NCBI GenBank assembly: GCA_964016885.1
Contig: OZ024741.1
Location: forward strand, 75,268,001 to 75,332,000
Source of the DNA: Eledone cirrhosa
Taxonomy: Eukaryota
Length of the DNA: 64,000 nt
Direction: 5' to 3'
Positions 54,310 through 64,000 of this stretch are shown one piece after another (within the stretch, counting starts at the first letter, position 1; each line of letters starts with the position of its first letter). Both the position numbers and the translations under genes were made by a program. The notes beneath the pieces are model-generated. The model did not search any database. It saw only the letters and a program-made list of their open reading frames with translations, and was not told where the DNA came from.

Positions 54310-56180
54310 AAAGTGAACAGAAATAACAAAGCAAATGACACAGTATATTGAAGAAATATATTAGTTTAACGCTTGATATAACAGGGAAAGAGTCTTAACA
54401 TTTCAGTCACTAGACATTAATCAGAAAATAAAGTTAGAAAAAAAGATAAAATAGAAAGATAAAGAGTGATAAGAGGAAAGAAAGGAGGAAAAAATAAGAA
54501 AAAAGCACATGTACATATTCAGTCAGTCATTTGGGAGATTTGCTGGTCAAAGGGTATCCTACACGTTAGAAAAGTTTAGGAAGGGAGGAAATCCATGTAT
54601 ATTGGGGTGTATATTTATATGTATGTGTGTGGGGGGGGGGGGGGCTGAGTAAATGTTAGGAAACATTCAGCACTGAAGGTACCATAGCCATGACACTAAG
54701 TGGATGGTTATGTGTATGCAGAAGTATGTGTGTGTTGGGTGATATATACAGATGTTAAAAATGTGGATGTGTATCGTATGGTAGCTGGAGTTGTGTATAG
54801 CTATGTGCATCTGTTTATGTGTGAAGGCAAGGATAAAGGGGTTTATAGGAACTCGTGTGTGTGTAGGGGAATTTAGTCCATTTGGAAAAGTAGTTTCAAA
54901 AGTAAGATTTAAGTTCTGCTTGGTCTTGGTGTGAGTAGCTGTAGATTTGTGGTGTAAAATGAGGTGTTGAGTAAAGTGGTTGAGGGAACTGAAGTGAGGA
55001 GTGACAAGGGTGTCCCCCAGGTGTTTGACAAATTGGTCTGCCAGACGGTGGCCTGTTTTTCTAATGTAAATGGACCCACAAAAGGAACACCGGAGAGCAT
55101 AGACAACGCTGGTGGAGGTGCAAATGAATGAGTGGTGAATGCAAAAAGAATGGTTCATATCTGTGAGGGAGGTGAGGTTTGTTATGTATGGACAGGTATT
55201 ACAGTGAGGTCAGAAACAGCAACAGGATCCAGGTGGAGCCCTAGGGGAGGGAGAGGAGGTACCATGTGCAAGAAGGTCATGGAAATTATGAGCACGCTTA
55301 AAGGTAATGTTGGGTGGGTTGGGAAAGAAGCAAGAAGCGACGGGGTCAGAAACGAGGTTCGGACGCAATGAAGGATGCAGTGCTGTAGTGGTAAGGTAGT
55401 CGGGTGGTAGCTGAAAAGGAGTTGGGGGTGCAGTTGGTAGATAAGCGGGCTGTAGTGTTGTCAGTATCACAAGCATGGGCAAGAGAAGCTTGAATCACGG
55501 TGGGAGGATATCCACACAGGAAGAATCAAGAGGCCATGCATTGGTACTGGATCTCAAAATCAATGTCCTGGCTGCAGAGCCAACAAAGACATAGGAATTG
55601 GAAGTAGGGCATAGAGAGTTTGGTGTGGGTGGGGTGGAAGAAGGTGAAGTTGAGGTAGGAGTGGGAGTCAGTGGATTTGTAGAAGATGGAGGTAGTAAGG
55701 GTATTGTGAATGTGGTTGATAGAGAAAGAGATGTCAAGAAATTGGACTGAAGAGTTGGAGATGGGGGTGGTGAAGGTGAGGGTAGGATGAAAAGATTGAA
55801 TAAAGGAAAGAAAGGAGTTGAGCTGTTCATGGGAAAGAGAGGTGGCACTGATACAGTTGTTTATATAATGACCACATAGCTCAGGGGTAGGCCCAGTGTA
55901 CTGGGAGAAGAACTGATCCTCAATGTAACCAACAAACAAGTTGGCATAGTTTGGGCCCTTTCTGGTTCACATAGCTACTCCAAGGCCTGCTGGTAAATCT
56001 CTCTGGAAAAGGAAAACTCATTGAAGGTGAGAACAAGCTCAGCAAGATGGAAAAGAGTGGAAGTGCTAGAGTAAGGTGTAGGGTGCAGGTCCAAAAAGTG
56101 TTGGAGAGCACGGCGGCTGTCATCGTGAGGGATGGCAATGTAGAAAGAGGTGATGTCTAGGGTGAAGAGAAGGTGAGAGG
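54310..56180 (-). mobile_element. Degenerate Penelope-like element, Neptune-like, with a decayed HHR at ~54390-54430
   Basis: FVGYIE, FHP.LTFT, FLDISFS, YKSTDSHSYL..HP.HTK.SMPY.QF, FICTSTSVVYALRCSFCG.IYI.KTG.RLAD.F.KHL. Confidence 0.88.
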
Positions 56181-56315
56181 ATGTATATATATTATATATA
56201 TATATATTATATACATTATATATATATATATATGTATATAAATATTTTCTCTATTTTCTCTGCTTATATCATCTGTGTTTGCTGTGATTCCTTTATTGAG
56301 TAACTAATTATGCAA

Positions 56316-56380
56316 TACACACCTGATGATGTCACCAAGATATTAGGTAAACTGGCCATTGAAATATATATATAATGTTT
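56316..56380 (+). ncRNA. Hammerhead-like motif in a pLTR-like fragment between microsatellites
   Basis: CTGATGA...GAAA-TATATA-TA; stems I and II are weak. Confidence 0.4.
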
Positions 56381-57317
56381 TTGCAACAATAAAACTTTAA
56401 GGGAACTTCACCAGTCTGGCTTCCTGTCATCTTAATCAAACTAATATATATATGTGTGTGTGCGCGTGCATGTGTGTACACAGACAATGGAGGAGGCAGA
56501 CATAAACCAGTGTGTGGTATTTAATAATATCAGCAAACAATGAGTTTACAATGATAATTTTTATTTTTTTAATAGTTGTGAAAATATCAGAATACCACAC
56601 GTGGTGACAGTAAGACGCCTCAGTATGTTTTGCCTGAATCCATATCCACTTAGTGTGTGATAAATATGATATCAAAGAATGAGGCCTCTCACTCTTGGCA
56701 ACAAAATAGATTAATATTAAAAACATCAGCCATGATTATTTCATTAGCTGAGAAGCTGTACAACTGGGTGAACATTAACATGAAGAGAATCATGAAGTGA
56801 GTGCAATGTATATAGTTGTGTGGTTGTGTGTGTGTGTGTGTGTGTGAGAGAGTGTATGTGTGTGTGTATATATGTATGTATGAATATGTGTGTATGTATG
56901 TAAGTTTGTATGTATGTTATAAATATCTATGTATATGTGCATATATGTATGGATGGATGGAGTTATGTCTGCATGCAGGTGTAGGTGTATACGCCTATGT
57001 ATGTGAATGTTTATATGTTGGCTTTTAGTGTTGCTTATCCCCCCTATGGCCTGTGGTTTTCGTCTCAAGTATCCATGTACAAACATACAAACTTCTCAAT
57101 GAACTGTATGTGTGTGCAAGTATACATCTATGTATTTTTATATGTATGTATGTATATATGAATAAATCTTATCCAATAACCTCATGTTTTAGAATATGTG
57201 AGAAATTAAATTATGTTATTTTGATGAATGTGAAGATGGAAATAAAAACGAAATTCACCAATCCAACTTAGATAAAAATCCCTTATGCTTACACATATAC
57301 TTGCAAATGTGTGTGTG

Positions 57318-57376
<59 letters not shown>

Positions 57377-57398
57377 ATGTGTGTGTGTCTGTGTGTGT

Positions 57399-57442
<44 letters not shown>

Positions 57443-58289
57443 TCATTAGCATTATTCTTAATAGAGAAGAACATCATCTGTTGTATTTTCATTCCAAATA
57501 GCTATCTTCCTTTAAATACTATTGATGCACTGGGAAGAATAGTCCTGTCTTTAAAGCATTTGAAACTATGATTATTCCTAGAAGAGAACTGATGACCAAG
57601 AACTGTCCATGTGTCCTGTTTTTGAGTTTTCTGTGTCCTTTTCTTGTCTCATTAGTATTGTAACTCACACAGCCTAATTTTGAAATCTGAACTTGTTTAC
57701 TACTTTTGTGATTTTCTCTCTCCATACTTCCCTCTCTTTTTCTTTCTCCCTCCCCTTCTCTCCCAGTCTGTCTATCTAACTATCTCTATTTCTCTCTTTG
57801 TATCTATCAGTCTATCTCAGATCATGATTCACACTTCAGTCATGTTTTGAACACCCTAATAGTGAAAGCCTGTCATGCTGTCTATCTTTTTGTAATTGAC
57901 CTCTTGTGTGCATCACAGTTTATAGTCTTTTGTTTCATGTGAGGAGCCCACAATGAAAAACAATATCCAGGCAAAGGTAGAGAAGAGAAGGATAATCATG
58001 TGAATATCAAAACTAGAAAGTTCTAATAATCTAGGAACACACTTTGCTGTTTATGGGAGTACTCCAGCTTAAGTTGATATCAACAATTGCTCCAAAGTCT
58101 CCAGTGTTGTTGGATGCCATGAGGGTTTCACCTGAGGGAAGAAAATATGGTAACTTAAGTGCATCCTCTTTTCCAAAGTGAATTACTAAAATTTCTCCTT
58201 GTTTAGTAGCATATTGTATATTTTCATGTATTAGGAAATGGGAGGTGTATGAAGGGGGGATGGAGGTGAAGGTTGTGCATACTAGATGT

Positions 58290-58580
58290 ATGCTTTAGCC
58301 TGTGCTCATGGAAAAGTGGGTCTTCTGTATTGCTGCATAATGCCAGAGATATCGGTCTTGTGTCATCATCCTTGAATGGTGCTATTGTGCAAAGTCAGCC
58401 TTTATCACCTCAGCCAAAGTTTTCCTAGGTGTTCCTACTTCATAGTTCCTATCAATTTTGAGCTCTCTGTACCTTTTTATACAGTTGTTATCTTTCATAT
58501 GCATCACATGTCCATACCAATACAATCTACATTCCTACACACTGCATCTGATCCCTCTTATGTCCAGCTTCTCTCTCTGT
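58290..58580 (-). mobile_element. Old RTE 3' fragment
   Basis: Nucleotide similarity to 25864-26150 (CATCACATGTCCATACCA motif). Confidence 0.65.
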
Positions 58581-59850
58581 TCATAAGTGTGTGTGTGTGT
58601 GTATGTGTGGATGTAAGTGTGAGAGTCTGGAAAGAAGCGAGTGTATGTGAATGTAGGTTTTGAAAAAAACCATTGTGTGTGTTGGGGTAGAGTGTATGTC
58701 TGTGCGTGTATAGTCCCTGTATGGGTGCTGGTGTGTATGTGTGTGTGGGGATGGATGGAGGGGGATGGATGGGATGAGATGAGATTGTGTCAAATCCAGA
58801 GGTGGTGTGGGGTGAAGTGTCGGTGTATGTGTAGATATGCATGTGTGTCTGTGTGTGGTTAAAAGAAGGAGATGTGTGATATGTCTGTAGGTGCATAGTT
58901 GCGTGTGTGCAGAAATGGTGCAAGTGTCTGTGTGTGGATGGTAAAAATCCAAGGGTACAGCAGGTGAATTTCAAGGTGAGGTAAATTCCAAGTTTGAGCA
59001 GGTGAGAATGGCAATGAGGAAGTGAAATGGCAGTGTAGCAGGAGGAGAGAGTGGGGAGGGTGATAATGGCAGGACAATGTATGAGAGGGAGGGGAAAAGG
59101 TGGTGCCAACAAAACAGAACTTGGTGGCTGAGAGTGATAGTTAGCTGTGTAGACAGGCAGGTGCGTATGGGCAGAGGTGTCTGAAAGTGGCATGTGTGTA
59201 TATATGTGTGTATGGAGTTATGTGTATGTGTGTGTAGAAAGCATAGTGGACATGTGAGGAGGTATTGTCAGTGTGTGTGAGAGAGTTCTGTCCGTCACTG
59301 TTTTGATGTGTACATACACATAAGTGAGTGTAAATACTGGTGTGTGTGTGTGTGTGTTTTGTGGTGTAAGTGTGGTAGGGGAAGTGTGGTGGAGTGTTAG
59401 TGGATTAGGAGGTGATGGAGTGGAGTAGAGGGGTGTGGATGTGGGTGAGTGGGGTTTATTAGTAGGTTAGAGGGTGAAGGAAAGGGTGGTGGTGTGAGGG
59501 AGTTAGTTGTGTTAGTGGGGTGGTGGGGTGTGGGTGTGTGTGGTGAGAGGTTAGTGGTGATAGTAGCAAGAGGTGATGGGGGAGAGGAAGGTTCACGTGA
59601 GTGTTTGGTGAGGGGGGGGTTAGTGCTTTGGGGGGGGGTCAGTGGGTAGCTGGTAAGGTGGAGGTAAAGGCTGTGTGTGTATGTACATTGTTGAGTGGGG
59701 GTGGTAGGTGTGGGTGGTGGTATGTTAGTGAAGTTAGTGGTAGGTAAGGCTGGGTGATGGTCGGTGGAGGATAGTGGTGTCAGTAGGGGGGGGGGGGGGG
59801 GGGCTAAAGGAAGAAGGTTGGGGGAGATCAAACTGGGGAAGGTGCATGAG
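58580..59850. repeat. G/T-rich low-complexity tract
   Basis: GT/GGT-rich composition; the P/T/H-rich ORFs are compositional. Confidence 0.8.
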
Positions 59851-59902
59851 TAATGAAATAGAAGGCAATAGGTTAGAATTTCACCATATTTTATTTATAT
59901 AA

Positions 59903-60567
59903 CTAGCTGAAGTACTCGGCTTTGCCCGGAAGAATAGTTAAGAGAAGACAGATAAAAGAGAAAACGACTGTATTGGATGTGTTGTCTGGTATGAGGTGTG
60001 AGTGTGTGAGAGAGACATAAACAAAACAATTATAAAACTTCCTTATTAGGTTGGGGGAGTAAACTGCCGATTAAATGGTAGCATTGGCCTTTGATTTTAA
60101 ATGTGAAATAACCATAGTCAGTATGATCATTTTCAGCTACAAAGGACGTCATCTGAAATGCAGCAATGTACCGCATAACATTGCTTCTGAAGTGTTTAGC
60201 TTCATTAGTACGGTCTGTAAGTAGTATATGGATAAAAGCTGGAGGGTAGATTAATTTCAAATAGTATCAATTTTTCTTTGTTCTGTAAAATCAAAGACTA
60301 AAATGACTTTATAAAAGCTAACTCAATATTCTTAAACCTTCCTATAGATCAAGGGATCTATAGACTTTCATGAGACATTACTTTCTCTGTCTCTCTGAAT
60401 ATCTAACACTTTAATTGTATCTCTTTCTGTATAATGGTCTATCTCTCTCTCTTTCTGTCTCTCCCTCTGTGTCGCTCACTCTCTAGATGTGTGTGTGTGT
60501 GTGTGTAGTTTTCGTGTGATTCAACCAACCAGCCAACCAATAAACATCTCTCTTTTATATATATAGA
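59903..60567 (-). mobile_element. Complete non-autonomous Helitron retaining a RepHel fragment
   Basis: 5' A|TCTATATATATAAAA, 3' CCGGGCAAAGCCGAG...CTAG|T. Internal HFRSNVMRYIAAFQMTSF..TFKIKGQCYHLIGSLLP matches the Helitron RepHel N-terminal motif. Confidence 0.9.
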
Positions 60568-60984
60568 TTGTTGTTATATGCATTTCAATTATATCAGTTA
60601 TGTAATTGTAAATCCTTTGATACAATCTTTTCAGACAGCTCTTAAATATATATTAGTAACATAATTTCTTATGTAATTTATCACTGGGTAAGCTTATGAT
60701 GTTTATTCTTCTCCACCCAGTTAGCATATAGAATCCAACCATAGATTTTCTAGCTAGCATAACTAATAGAATATAGTGAAATTCTAACCTACTGACTTCT
60801 ACTTAATTACTATACCTATACACTTTGTACACAGACCTACATGTTAATATCACAACTAGGAAAGTTATACTATGTTGAGTGCTTGATTCCACTTATACAA
60901 GTGTTTATTAATCTGTATCTGAAACTGTAAAATTAAGAATGGATTAATCAACATGAAATAAACATAACAAAATATGTATACATG

Positions 60985-61044
<60 letters not shown>

Positions 61045-61245
61045 TGTGCGTGTGTGTGTGTGTGTGTGAGTCCCAGGTTCAATTGGAGGTAACCACAGTA
61101 TGTAATGTACTTAATATATTAGTAGAGTGTAAACAACAAATTTAATATAGAAAAGGCTTCTATGGGACTAGAACTGTTTTATTTGAAGGGGATGATTGCA
61201 TTCGAATGAAACAATTCTAGTCTTGCCGAAGCTATTTCTAAATAT

Positions 61246-62283
<1,038 letters not shown>

Positions 62284-62298
<15 letters not shown>

Positions 62299-62730
62299 TT
62301 TTTCCACGCGAGCATGGGTTAGACGGGTTGTCCTGTTCTGGGGCAATGTTAGGTCGGCTCACCTTGTTTTGCTCATACGGGAACTGATTTTGGCTTGATT
62401 TCTACAGCTGGAAGCCCTTCCTAACACCAACCTCATTTACTGTGAGTGCTGGGTGCTTTTTTGCCATGACACCTACATGACCACTTTACAGTGTGGGCTG
62501 GGTGCTTTTTTGCTATGACGCATCCACGACCACTTTGCAGTGGGAGGGGATGGGGGCATATTGTCTATATGCTTCGGCTCCAGCTTGTTCCCGTGGGAAG
62601 TTGGGTCTTCTGTATTACAGCATGACACCAGAGGTCATGGTCCTGTGTCATCGCTGTCGAGAGGTGCAACTGGGCAAGGTCCACTTTTATCACCTCGTCC
62701 CAGGTCTTCTTGGGTCTCCCCACTCCATGG
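62284..62730 (-). mobile_element. RTE 3' end with (GAT)n tail abutting TA
   Basis: Similar to 25562-26010. Confidence 0.8.
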
Positions 62731-63420
62731 CTATATATATTTCATTTTACGTCCGCTTTTCCCTGCTTGCAAGGGTGGGACGGGAACTGATTCTGGCTTG
62801 ATTTCTACAGCTGGATGCCCTTCCTAACACCAACCTCATTTACAGTGAGTGCTGGGTGCTTTTTATCTGTAGCGCCTACATGTCCACTTTACAGTGAGTG
62901 CTGGGTGCTTTTTTTGCCGTGGCGCCTACACGTCCACTTTACAGTGTGGGCTGGGTGCTTTTTTGCCATGGCACCTCCACGGCCACTTTGCAATGGAATG
63001 ATAGGGACTGGAGTCCCTATGATCTCATTTCTACAGCTGATTGAACTGGAACAATGTGAAATAAAGTGTCTTGCTCAAGGAAACAACACATCACCCAGTC
63101 TGAGAATTGAACTCACAATTGCAAGGCCAATGCTCTAACCACTAAGCCATGTGCCTCCATATATATAACCAAATGAAAAATATATATGTATATTATGAGA
63201 GAGAAAGAGCCATATACCCTATAAGAAACAGTATATTATATATATACCAAATACATATTCTATAGAAGAATATGTACCAGATGGAATCATAAGAGAAACC
63301 TTATAGCGCTATTTCATATCCGCAGAGTGTAACTCAGCATCAATCTATGTAATTGATCATCGAAAAAAATCAATCAATATAATTGATCATCGAAGACAAG
63401 CTATCAATTATATATATATA

Positions 63421-63720
63421 AGAGGGATAAGTTGTGGTGTGCAGGAGAGAAGGCTGAGATGGTATGGACATGTGATGCGCATTTAAGATGACCACTGGGT
63501 GAAGAAGTGCCAGGAAGTCCCAGTGGAGGGAAGACGCAGTAGAGGTAGACCATGAAAAACATGGGCAGAGGTGGTGAGAGCAAACCACAGATCGCTGAAA
63601 CTCACCGGGGAGATGACGAAGGACCGTGACAAGTGGAGAGATGCTGTGCTGAATAGGACCCGTCCAACCCTTGCAAGCAGGGAAAAGTGGACGTAAAATG
63701 ATGATGATGATGATGATGAT
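63421..63720 (+). mobile_element. RTE 3' fragment flanked by (TA)n on both sides
   Basis: Matches 36888-37185 in reverse; (GAT)n tail. Confidence 0.85.
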
Positions 63721-64000
63721 ATATATATATATATATATATAGTGAAAGAATAACATGGTCAACAGTATAAAAAGGGTTTTATTTACAGTATTAACAATTG
63801 TTTCATTGATTAGGATGTCTAAAGGTTGCTAATCACTTGAAGTTGTGTCACTCAACCTTCAATACAGTGTATGCCTAATCAAATTATCGGAATAACTGAC
63901 AAAATTACACTCGATGTTTGTATTTATACTACGGAGAATTCAAATAACAACATCAATAATAAAGAAAGAAAAAGATAAAATAATAATAAAGAAGTTAGAA

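Noticed and set aside
56576-57575. Candidate small exons (56576-56609; from 57502)
   Set aside because: Plausible splice sites only, incompatible phases and no recognisable peptide
58558-59831. Long Pro/Thr/His-rich ORFs
   Set aside because: Arise from stop-poor CA-rich low-complexity strand

Overview
AT-rich, microsatellite-dense eukaryotic DNA. The SINE and RTE repertoire strongly suggests a coleoid cephalopod, probably Octopus (inference, not a database result). No intact host gene is evident; there is only a weak three-exon candidate near the start. Almost all protein-like ORFs are transposon remnants: many RTE-clade LINE fragments with (GAT)n tails, one R4/Dong-like and one CRE-like non-LTR element, a mariner, two complete non-autonomous Helitrons, two tRNA-derived SINE families, and at least four different Penelope-like elements (PLEs; RT + GIY-YIG). 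The most striking signal lies outside the ORFs. About 18 minimal type I hammerhead ribozyme (HHR) motifs (intact, variant or partial, from about 10 or more unrelated families) sit in elements inserted into (TA)n tracts. These are either PLE pseudo-LTRs or non-coding, terminally redundant 320-500 nt retrozyme-like units. Most insertions are fold-back structures with both 3' ends pointing outward into (TA)n. In several, one arm starts at or near the predicted ribozyme cleavage site, and each family has its own palindromic stem III. Coordinates were read by eye and element edges may be off by a few nt.
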